DNA of 64,000 nucleotides from a bacterium UBP8_UBA817 (GTDB lineage Bacteria; Margulisbacteria; Marinamargulisbacteria; CAMDBA01): NCBI GenBank assembly GCA_945888995.1, contig CAMDBA010000003.1, positions 279 to 64,278 of the forward strand, read 5' to 3'. Shown piece by piece: positions 28,531 to 37,077 of this stretch (position 1 is its first letter; each line of letters starts with the position of its first letter). The notes under the pieces were generated by a model. It saw only the letters and a program-made list of their open reading frames with translations, ran no database searches and was not told where the DNA came from. The position numbers and the translations under genes were made by a program.

Positions 28531-29571
28531 GTGAGTGTCTGGTCGTTTTTCTTAAAAAAGTTTTCAAAAGATATGGGTATCGACCTAGGAACTGCCAATA
28601 CTGTTGTCTTCGTCCGCGGACAGGGAATTGTTCTCAGAGAACCCTCCGTTATTGCAATTGATAAAAAAACAGGTAAAGTCATGGCCATCGGTGAAGACGC
28701 CTATAAAATGGTAGGCCGCACACCCGGCAACATTATTGCCGTCAGACCCATGAAAGACGGGGTTATCGCCGACTTTGAAATGACGCAAATGATGATCCGG
28801 TCTTTTATCGAAAAAGCCTGCAAAAAATCTAAATTTTTACATCCACGGATTCTAATCGGCGTTCCTTGGGGAATTACCTCGGTCGAAAAGCGTGCTGTTT
28901 TAGACGCAGCACTTCAAGCCGGATCACGGGAAACCTTTTTGATCGAAGAACCAATGGCAGCCGCTATTGGAGCCGGGCTTCCGGTAGGAGAGCCCACTGG
29001 CCAAATGATTATCGACATTGGTGGCGGAACCACAGAAATCGCCGTCATATCTCTCGGTGGCATGGTCGTTTGCCAATCCATCCGGGTAGCCGGAGACGAA
29101 TTCGACGAAGCTATTATTTCCCATTGCCGGAAAAACTATAACCTGTTGATCGGCGAGCGAATGGCGGAACTCGTCAAATTCGAAATTGCCTCAGCATATC
29201 CGTTCGAAGAAGAAAAAAATATGGAAGTCAAAGGCCGCGATTTATTAAGCGGACTACCTAAAATCTTTACTATTTCTTCCGCTGAAATCCGGGATGCGTT
29301 ATCCGACTCCGTATCAACTATCATCGACACATTGCGAATGACACTCGAAAAAACACCTCCTGAGCTAGCCTCTGATATTATGGAACAAGGCATTTTAATC
29401 ACAGGTGGAGGATCACTCCTCAAAGGGCTCGACAAGCTCATCACCGAAGAAACCCAGATAAAAGTCCACAAGGCAGCTGACCCGCTCTCCTGTGTAGCGC
29501 TCGGAACCGGGGTTGTGTTAGAGGAAATTGACACGCTGATGCCGTTGGTAAAATCAACGATTTCTAGGTAA
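28531..29571 (+). CDS. mreB: Rod shape-determining protein MreB
   Basis: [17 protein letters not shown] and GGGSLL actin-fold motifs. GTG start with AAGGAG 7 nt upstream. Confidence 0.95.
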   Translation: MSVWSFFLKKFSKDMGIDLGTANTVVFVRGQGIVLREPSVIAIDKKTGKVMAIGEDAYKMVGRTPGNIIAVRPMKDGVIADFEMTQMMIRSFIEKACKKSKFLHPRILIGVPWGITSVEKRAVLDAALQAGSRETFLIEEPMAAAIGAGLPVGEPTGQMIIDIGGGTTEIAVISLGGMVVCQSIRVAGDEFDEAIISHCRKNYNLLIGERMAELVKFEIASAYPFEEEKNMEVKGRDLLSGLPKIFTISSAEIRDALSDSVSTIIDTLRMTLEKTPPELASDIMEQGILITGGGSLLKGLDKLITEETQIKVHKAADPLSCVALGTGVVLEEIDTLMPLVKSTISR

Positions 29572-29573
29572 CG

Positions 29574-31244
29574 TTATTCATTTCCGAGATGCCCCCTTAA
29601 AAGGTGCTCAAAAACATAATAACGATGATCAAAGCGATATTTTTGGGCGGCCTTAGTGCCTACCAAAAAAACAAAAACAGCTTGTAAGAATTGCGCTTCC
29701 TGAGATGCGAAAAACGCATCGACCCGGGATTTCAAAACGGGATCGGTTTTCACCAGCGTCATAACCTCCATCCATAAGGGCACCGTATGCTCTGGAAGCT
29801 CATCACTTTTCACCTCGTCTTGCTCGCACAATTTTTCTGCCAAATGCGAAACAAGATCCTCAAACCCCATCTCTTTTTCCTCAACAGAAAACCGCATCTC
29901 CCGGATCAGAGCATCCAGACTACGGGTCGCTTCCAGGTAAAGCCGAAGCACAAACTCAAAAAAGCTCTCTTGAGATGCGTCATTTAGGCCTTCACGATAC
30001 GCCAAATCTCGCTCCAGGCTTCCAAAGTCCACTTCCCCGGTCGATACTAATGAATGACTTAAAAACAGCGCCATCAACTCGGAATACACATACATATACG
30101 TATCCGGCGTATCAAAAAACCAAGTATCCGAAAAATACATATAATACATCCGGGTAGCACGTTGAGAGTCCTCACGGCTAACTTTCAGAATATTATGAAG
30201 CGGACCCATTAACCCGTCGCGAATAGGCGCCGTATCCGCAAAAAACTCCAATACGGACGTCAGAATATTTTCATAAAAAATCTTACTGGCTTCCCCGATC
30301 GCGGCTTCTTTTTTGGGTAGGGTATGATTTTGGACAATGCCATGGCCGAGCTCGTGGTACAACACCGTCTCTGCCATATCGCTTAACAAGATCTCTTTTT
30401 TTTCTTCAAAATCCGCAACGATTTTAAGACCGTAGAGACTCAATACTTCCCGTCGGATAGCGTTTGCGATCCGGTGCGACGGATCCATCTGAACCGACCG
30501 GCTATAGTGAATGGCATCCACCCATTTCTGGCGCAGAATCAACCGCAACGATTCTTCCCTAAGAAATATCTCATCATTGCCAATCACTGCCGCCATCGCC
30601 ACGATATTATTCGGTGTCCGGATCAATTCTTCTTCCAGATAAACAACTTTATATTCACCCATCTGAAGCTCGCGCCCTTTTCCGAAAATAAACTCCAGAC
30701 TCTCTCCGTAATAGCCCCCCTGCAGGTACAGATCCGACCCGACAAATTTCAGAATCCGGTTAAGTTGCGTTGTTTTATAGGGACTAAACGGGTGACCGAA
30801 AAGAAAAAACTTAAAGGCTTTATATTGAGCCTGGGCCGCCTCCAGCGTTAACTCCGAAATCCCATGTTGCCGGATATTTTCTTCAACTTTAGAAAAAAAC
30901 CGGAAAATATCAGATTGGGTAACCGCGTCATCGGCAGTCAAATGCAACAAATTACGGCAAAATGACAGCTTAATCTGATCGGGACCCGCATCGCCCCAAT
31001 CACTAGAGCGATCCATAATAAAATAAATCAAATGCGCCAGATAACTCACCTGACTTTGAAGCTGCGTTTCCGCACGATGAATAAGCTGGGTCAGATCTTC
31101 CGGCGAATAGGTGTAGTCATTCGCAGCCAGATACTCCGCCAATGTCGCATAATCTTCGAGCGTTTTTTCATCTGAAAACAACAGCGCATATAGCGCCTTG
31201 GTCAGCGTAGAATAGGTAACAAAAAAAGAGACCCTCTCACTCAC
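29574..31244 (-). CDS. Uncharacterised HExxH (HELGHG) protein, distal paralog
   Basis: 556 aa. The GTG start overlaps the TGA of the upstream paralog (GTGA). HELGHG lies at 30339-30356, with LEFFAD about 30 residues later. It shares long blocks with the 572-aa neighbour. Confidence 0.8.
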   Translation of the reverse strand: MSERVSFFVTYSTLTKALYALLFSDEKTLEDYATLAEYLAANDYTYSPEDLTQLIHRAETQLQSQVSYLAHLIYFIMDRSSDWGDAGPDQIKLSFCRNLLHLTADDAVTQSDIFRFFSKVEENIRQHGISELTLEAAQAQYKAFKFFLFGHPFSPYKTTQLNRILKFVGSDLYLQGGYYGESLEFIFGKGRELQMGEYKVVYLEEELIRTPNNIVAMAAVIGNDEIFLREESLRLILRQKWVDAIHYSRSVQMDPSHRIANAIRREVLSLYGLKIVADFEEKKEILLSDMAETVLYHELGHGIVQNHTLPKKEAAIGEASKIFYENILTSVLEFFADTAPIRDGLMGPLHNILKVSREDSQRATRMYYMYFSDTWFFDTPDTYMYVYSELMALFLSHSLVSTGEVDFGSLERDLAYREGLNDASQESFFEFVLRLYLEATRSLDALIREMRFSVEEKEMGFEDLVSHLAEKLCEQDEVKSDELPEHTVPLWMEVMTLVKTDPVLKSRVDAFFASQEAQFLQAVFVFLVGTKAAQKYRFDHRYYVFEHLLRGHLGNE

Positions 31245-32959
31245 GAGGCCGATGCGGCAGGCTTCGCTTTAGACGTAGCTTTAAAAGCCACAATCCCCAG
31301 TTCCTTCATACGCGCCATAATAAAGGCGCGATGATCGTATTGATACGCTTCAGCAGTCTTACGTCCGGCAGACAAAATCATGATCTTCATCATGGTTTTA
31401 CGTTCCAGATCCTGAAGGTAGGTCTCAAGCTTTTTCCCATTTTCAGCAGAGAATACCTTCGCGTATTTTACCAGACACATCCAATATTTCATCACAAATT
31501 TATAAGACGCTTCATCGATTACCACTTTGTTATCACGGAAATTCTGATACGTTAATTTTTTAACATACTGATAATCATAGTCTCCGCCTACCAATGAAAA
31601 TTTAGCCGAAGACACTATCGTCTTGACTTCCTGTCCACCCCAGGAGATTAACTCGACAATCCGCCCCACCATTGTCAGCTTGTCTTTTCGGATCTGTGGA
31701 GAATCAAACCGGATATCCTCTTCGAGGTTGGCAAAATCCACGCTACCGTCGGTGTTAATATATTTAAGCAAGATCAAAGCCATGACATCCGAATATAAGT
31801 ACATGTACGTATCTTCCGTATCAAAAAACCAAACATCCGAAAAATACATATAATACATCCGGGTCGCCCGTCGCTTATCCTGTTTTGAGATATCGATCAT
31901 ATTTTGGATCGGACCTCTGATCCCGGCATGAGTCGGCGCAAAATCTGCTAAAAACTCCAACAATGCCGTGAAAATAGTCTCGCCGTAGGCCTTCGTCGCC
32001 TCGGCACAGGCAATGTCTTCCATCGGCATCAGATCATGCTGCAAAACCCCATGCCCTAATTCATGACATAAAATCGTTTCTTTCATTTCGGACAAAAAAG
32101 TTTCCCTCACGTTGAGAAGGTCATCTTTTGTCTTTACCTGATACAAAGACAAAGTCCGCCGCTTAATCCCTTCGGAAATATTGCGAACATCTTCTTTTTG
32201 GATATGCGCTCTATCAGCAGGACCCAGCTCCAGAACCGGCATCCACTTCTGATAAAAAATAGTCACCAAGGCCTCACGCCGGATAAAGATCTCCCGATCG
32301 CCGATCACCGCCGCCAGTGAGACAATCACATTCGGGGATCGCACCACTTCACGATTCAGCGTCACCACATCGAAAGGCCCGATGTGCTCCATATCCCCTT
32401 CGCCCAACAGATACTGAATATAATCCCCATGATACCCGGAATGCGCAAATAAGCTTGATCCCACAAACCGCAATAGACGATCGATTTTAGAAAGGTCGTA
32501 GTAAGGGTACTTCTTACCCAAAAAGTGAAAGGAATACTCTTTATACGTATCCTGAGCCGGCTTGAGGGCAAGCGTTCGGAGACCGGCCTTCGTAATCGCC
32601 TCTTCGATTTCCATCATAAACCGAAACGCATCATCCTGAGTCAGGGCCTTATCCGGCTCAATGCCCAGAAAATTCCGGCAATATGAAATCTTAATCTGTT
32701 CTTCGCCCGCATCTCCCCAATCATTGGATAAGGTAAAGATATGGTAGAGCAACAGACTGAGGTATCGAATCTGCTCGATAATTTCGGCATCGCAAATTGA
32801 TATCAGCTTGGAGAGAGATTTTGGCTCTACTTTGATTTTTTGAGTGGATAAATAGGTTTTGAGAGAAGGATATCGATTATGAATCGAGGGATCGAGAATC
32901 AGAGACAGCACTTCCGCCGATATCTTATCTCCATCCATAATCTGTAACTGCTTGGCCAT
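31241..32959 (-). CDS. Uncharacterised HExxH (HELGHG) protein, proximal paralog
   Basis: 572 aa, with HELGHG at 32048-32065 and LEFLAD downstream. Blocks shared with the 556-aa protein: DWGDAG..QIK.S.CRN, RATRMYYMYFSD.WFFDT.DTYMY.YS..MAL, and Y.DHR. Confidence 0.8.
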   Translation of the reverse strand: MAKQLQIMDGDKISAEVLSLILDPSIHNRYPSLKTYLSTQKIKVEPKSLSKLISICDAEIIEQIRYLSLLLYHIFTLSNDWGDAGEEQIKISYCRNFLGIEPDKALTQDDAFRFMMEIEEAITKAGLRTLALKPAQDTYKEYSFHFLGKKYPYYDLSKIDRLLRFVGSSLFAHSGYHGDYIQYLLGEGDMEHIGPFDVVTLNREVVRSPNVIVSLAAVIGDREIFIRREALVTIFYQKWMPVLELGPADRAHIQKEDVRNISEGIKRRTLSLYQVKTKDDLLNVRETFLSEMKETILCHELGHGVLQHDLMPMEDIACAEATKAYGETIFTALLEFLADFAPTHAGIRGPIQNMIDISKQDKRRATRMYYMYFSDVWFFDTEDTYMYLYSDVMALILLKYINTDGSVDFANLEEDIRFDSPQIRKDKLTMVGRIVELISWGGQEVKTIVSSAKFSLVGGDYDYQYVKKLTYQNFRDNKVVIDEASYKFVMKYWMCLVKYAKVFSAENGKKLETYLQDLERKTMMKIMILSAGRKTAEAYQYDHRAFIMARMKELGIVAFKATSKAKPAASAS

Positions 32960-32961
32960 CC

Positions 32962-33012
32962 AAAACCCCTTCTAGTTTTTTTGAAAGATTATATCAAACC
33001 GGAAGGGGTTTT
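32962..33012 (-). promoter_or_regulatory. 11-bp perfect inverted repeat between the small ORF and the first HExxH gene. Its promoter-distal arm covers the Shine-Dalgarno of the 572-aa gene, and its loop carries TGATATAAT.
   Basis: The arms are aaaaccccttc (32962-32972) and gaaggggtttt (33002-33012), with a 29-nt loop. On the minus strand the second arm GAAGGGGTTTT ends 2 nt before ATG 32959. An extended -10-like TGATATAAT lies at 32988-32996 (minus strand). Confidence 0.4.
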
Positions 33013-33033
33013 AGAATGAGTCATATAGAAAAA

Positions 33034-33342
33034 TTAAGCTTGAAGATCAGGAATGCCAGTTGGCCTAGAAGCTTCTCTCAATACGCTTGCGTTAACCGAT
33101 CCCATATCAAGACTAGCAAAGTCAGTATCAGCTTTAACGCCTACAGCCTCAAGAAAAGTGCTTAATGCAGGTGTAACCTCTAGCGGTTGAGCAGCATTGC
33201 CCTCAGTATCATGAGCAAAAACTTCTAATCCTCCCGCAGCTCCTTTTTTTACTTCAAGATTGTCAACAGTACCAGCAGGTACGCCTGAAACTGAAGTATA
33301 AGATCTATTAAATGCTCCTAATGGAATATTAATTGATGACAT
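33034..33342 (-). CDS. Small acidic hypothetical protein (102 aa), first gene of the cassette
   Basis: AGGGGA lies 9 nt upstream of the ATG, with a long AT-rich upstream region. There is no signal peptide, TM segment or Cys. Codon usage is unlike its neighbours (see findings). I recognise no homology. Confidence 0.7.
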   Translation of the reverse strand: MSSINIPLGAFNRSYTSVSGVPAGTVDNLEVKKGAAGGLEVFAHDTEGNAAQPLEVTPALSTFLEAVGVKADTDFASLDMGSVNASVLREASRPTGIPDLQA

Positions 33343-33623
33343 TTTTTATTTCCCCTTTCAACAATGTTTTTTTATTGGATTATTAAAATCTCTGCTACTT
33401 TATCGTCTAAACCGTCTTCGGCATTTCACTTATTTATAAAAAACTTGTATCTATTTTTTATAATTTATTTCTAAAATACCCAGCACTAGACAATCAAATT
33501 CACAAATAGAACGATACCCGTTTTAGTATAAGAGCAAACATCGATAGTTGTAAATGAGATTTGTTCTTATCTAGGCGATCAGGAATTGATTTTTAGCCTT
33601 TCATCCACTATATTAGCCGGACT

Positions 33624-34640
33624 ATGCAATCCCTATTAGACGCCCTCCATTCCGATGCCCTCAATGAGCTCACATCGATCCGGCAATTATCGGATTTAGA
33701 CTCACTCAAAACACTTTATTTAGGTAAAAAAGGAAAACTCACCGATATCCTACAAGGTCTCGGCAAAGTATCCGCCGAAGAGCGCCCACGTCTCGGCCAG
33801 ATCGCCAATACCATTAAAACCGACCTTCTCACCCGTCTGGAACAAAAACGGGATGAACTCCAGAAACAAGAATGGGCCGTACAGCTCCAAAAAGAAGCTA
33901 TCGATACGTCGCTTCCGGCGCATCGGCTGGCGATCGGAAAACATCATCCGATTAATAAAACCATTGATGATGTCGTCGATATTTTTACCCGATTGGGATT
34001 TTCGGTCGAAACAGGACCGGATATCGAAAGCGATTATTATAATTTTGAAGCCCTGAACATTCCGTCCGATCACCCTGCGCGAGATATGCACGACACGTTT
34101 TATCTCAATACGGGGTACCTGCTTCGGACCCACACCTCCCCTGTCCAAATCCGGACAATGGAAGTCCAACAACCCCCCGTCAAAATTATTGTCCCCGGAA
34201 AAGTCTACCGGTGTGACGCTGATGTCAGTCATTCACCCGTTTTTCATCAGGTCGAAGGACTGTATGTCTCAAAAAATGTGACATTTTCTCAGCTAAAAGG
34301 CACCTTAGAACATTTTTTAAGGGCCTTATTCGGACCTGAAAAATCCGTCCGCTTTCGGCCTAGTTATTTCCCGTTTACCGAACCGTCCACCGAAGTCGAT
34401 GTCGCCTGCGTCAATTGCGGCGGCAACGGCTGCAATGTCTGCAAACACACCGGGTGGCTCGAAATCTTAGGCGCAGGGCTGGTCAACCGCAATGTCTTAA
34501 AAGCGGTGAATCTGGATCCCGATGTCTACACCGGATTTGCCTTCGGAATGGGCATCGAACGTATCGCGATGCTACGGTATGGGATTTCGGATATCCGGTT
34601 ATTTTATGAAAACGATTACCGGTTCCTAAAACAATTCTAA
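33624..34640 (+). CDS. pheS: Phenylalanine--tRNA ligase alpha subunit
   Basis: Class II motifs: FRPSYFPFTEPS and GFAFGMGIERIAMLRYG. Confidence 0.95.
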   Translation: MQSLLDALHSDALNELTSIRQLSDLDSLKTLYLGKKGKLTDILQGLGKVSAEERPRLGQIANTIKTDLLTRLEQKRDELQKQEWAVQLQKEAIDTSLPAHRLAIGKHHPINKTIDDVVDIFTRLGFSVETGPDIESDYYNFEALNIPSDHPARDMHDTFYLNTGYLLRTHTSPVQIRTMEVQQPPVKIIVPGKVYRCDADVSHSPVFHQVEGLYVSKNVTFSQLKGTLEHFLRALFGPEKSVRFRPSYFPFTEPSTEVDVACVNCGGNGCNVCKHTGWLEILGAGLVNRNVLKAVNLDPDVYTGFAFGMGIERIAMLRYGISDIRLFYENDYRFLKQF

Positions 34641-34675
34641 TTCCTTTTCGTCATTATTATTAAAAGAGGTCTGCT

Positions 34676-37063
34676 ATGAAATTTTCGTTCAACTGGCTCA
34701 AGACGTTTATTAACACCGACTTATCCGCATCCGACATCGCCGACAAGCTGTCTTCCGCAGGCCTGGAAGTGGAGGGATTCGAAGAAATAGGTAAAGGCTT
34801 AACCGGCATTGTGACGGGGAAAATCCAGAGCATCGCCAAACATCCGAATGCAGACCGTCTGGTGATCACCCAGATTTTCGACGGCACCGACACGCATCAG
34901 ATCGTCACGGGTGCGACCAATGTCTTCGAAGGCGCCATTGTACCGGCGAGTTTACCGGGCGCGGTGCTGGCCGATGGAACCAAAATTAAAAAAGGCGTCC
35001 TTCGCGGCGTCGATTCATACGGGATGCTGTGTTCCGAAAAAGAACTCGGTATTGCAGACGAGTCCCACGGAATCTGGATTTTACCGGAAGACACCCCGTT
35101 AGGCATTGATTTCGTCGACTATGCTTTATTAAAAGATGTCGTATTCGATATTTCGATTCTCCCTAACCGCGGCGACTGTCAGAGCATTGTCGGGCTGGCA
35201 CGGGAATTATCGGTGATTCTGGATACGCCCCTGAGCCTACCTGAACCGGTCATCACCGAATCCGGCAAAACACTGGATCTAACCGTCACTATTCAAGACG
35301 AGCGCTGTCCGATTTATACAGCGCGGGTGATTCGTAATGTCACGATTAAACCGTCTCCTTTATGGATGCAACGCCGCCTCCAGGTCTCGGGTATCCGCCC
35401 GATTAATCTGGCCGTGGATATTACCAATTATATTTTATTAGAGTGGGGACAGCCGCTTCATGCCTTTGATTACCACCGCACCGCAGGCGCCCAGATCACC
35501 GTACGATCAGCGCATTCAGGAGAAAAACTAACCGCGTTAGATGCCGCCGACCATACGCTTGAAGACACCATGCTGATGATCTGTGATCAATCCGGTCCTA
35601 TCGCAATTGCCGGGGTCATGGGCGGAGAAAGAAGCGGAATCGCCGACGATACGCAAGATATTATTCTGGAAGCGGCCTATTTTCACCCCGGATCTGTGCG
35701 TAAGGCTGCCTCGAAATTAGGACTCCGGTCCGAGAGCTCAGTTCGATTTGAAAAAGGAATCGATATCGATCAAGTAGTCAGATCCGCAAACCGGGCTGCA
35801 CAATTATTCCAGGAACTTGCGGGTGCTACTCTCGAACCGATTATGATTAAGTCCAACCCTTCCGCAGAGGCCTTTCAAAAACGGACACTAACGCTCGATC
35901 CCGCTAAGCTCAATCAATTACTCGGCACCGACTATCCGACACAGGATATTCTCGACATCCTCCAAAAACTCGGCTTCCATTTAAGCCAGGATCAATCGGA
36001 CATCACCGTTCCCTCCTGGCGTCATCTCGATATTCTCGGCACACCGGATCTTGCCGAAGAAGTCGCCCGTCTCAAAGGCTTTGACACGATCCCATCCGTA
36101 CTACCGACCGAAATCGTACTGGGAACACCGCCGACTCACGTGTCGAAACAAATAGCAAAATTAGAAAATTTTCTGGTCCATACCGGCATTATGCAGCTCA
36201 ACACCTACACGATGATTGCCCAAAAAGACTTACAAGGCATTGTCGAACCCGGCCCGGATTTATTGGTATTAAATAACCCACTTTCTCCGGAACACGCTGT
36301 CATGCGGCCGCATATGCTACCGTCCGTCCTCAAAATATTAGCCTACAATGTCAAACGCCAAGCTGACCGCCTCAGCGTATTTGAAGTCGGAAAAACCTTC
36401 CATAAAGCGCAAAACAGCCAAGCGCCACTTGAATCCGTTCAATTAGTTGCTTTGATAACCGGCACCCCGCAAGTCTATTTCCAGGCCGAAAAAGCCGTAA
36501 ACACCTTAGATTTTTACAAGCTTAAAGGGCTATGGGAAAATCTAGCCGACCTGCTAGACCTCACCGGATATACGGCTCAAACCGAGCCTGCGCCGTCTTA
36601 CCTTCATCCTGTCCGCCAGCTCACATATCTTCTGGATGGCCAAAGCGTCGGGGAAGTCGGATTTTTGCATCCGGAATTGCTCAAAGAATGGGATTTGGGC
36701 ACCGAAGTCGGATATATTTCTCTCAATGTGACGGTCGCCACGGCTAAACAGAAAGCCACTCCCACTTATACGCATTTCTCCAAGCATCCTTCCACACGTC
36801 GGGATATTGCGCTGCTTGCACCGAAACAACTGCCTTACGGCGATCTATATCAGACCTTGCAGGAACTCAAATCCGATCTCGTACAGGAAATTTTCATGTT
36901 CGATTATTTTGAATCCGAAAAACTTGGCCCTGACAACAAAAGTGTCGCAGTCGGCATGATCTATCAAGCAACCGACAAAACATTGTCCGATGAAGAAGTG
37001 AATCAAGCCCATGAAACGCTTTGCAGACAATTAACGGAGCGCTTACCTGTACATCTACGCTAA
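34676..37063 (+). CDS. pheT: Phenylalanine--tRNA ligase beta subunit
   Basis: N-terminal tRNA-binding domain (KHPNADRL), B3/4 and B5 regions, and an FDX-ACB-like C-terminus. It follows pheS directly. Confidence 0.95.
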   Translation: MKFSFNWLKTFINTDLSASDIADKLSSAGLEVEGFEEIGKGLTGIVTGKIQSIAKHPNADRLVITQIFDGTDTHQIVTGATNVFEGAIVPASLPGAVLADGTKIKKGVLRGVDSYGMLCSEKELGIADESHGIWILPEDTPLGIDFVDYALLKDVVFDISILPNRGDCQSIVGLARELSVILDTPLSLPEPVITESGKTLDLTVTIQDERCPIYTARVIRNVTIKPSPLWMQRRLQVSGIRPINLAVDITNYILLEWGQPLHAFDYHRTAGAQITVRSAHSGEKLTALDAADHTLEDTMLMICDQSGPIAIAGVMGGERSGIADDTQDIILEAAYFHPGSVRKAASKLGLRSESSVRFEKGIDIDQVVRSANRAAQLFQELAGATLEPIMIKSNPSAEAFQKRTLTLDPAKLNQLLGTDYPTQDILDILQKLGFHLSQDQSDITVPSWRHLDILGTPDLAEEVARLKGFDTIPSVLPTEIVLGTPPTHVSKQIAKLENFLVHTGIMQLNTYTMIAQKDLQGIVEPGPDLLVLNNPLSPEHAVMRPHMLPSVLKILAYNVKRQADRLSVFEVGKTFHKAQNSQAPLESVQLVALITGTPQVYFQAEKAVNTLDFYKLKGLWENLADLLDLTGYTAQTEPAPSYLHPVRQLTYLLDGQSVGEVGFLHPELLKEWDLGTEVGYISLNVTVATAKQKATPTYTHFSKHPSTRRDIALLAPKQLPYGDLYQTLQELKSDLVQEIFMFDYFESEKLGPDNKSVAVGMIYQATDKTLSDEEVNQAHETLCRQLTERLPVHLR

Positions 37064-37077
37064 GAGATTATACCCCT

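Noticed and set aside
33229-33342. A double-glycine leader (..KKGAAGG-LEV..) in the small ORF, which would suggest a bacteriocin or RiPP precursor
   Set aside because: The cassette has no C39 peptidase/ABC exporter and no RiPP maturase, the putative core has no Cys or other modifiable pattern, and the leader consensus (LS..EL..I.GG) is not met. The idea survives only as a weak alternative under the cassette finding.
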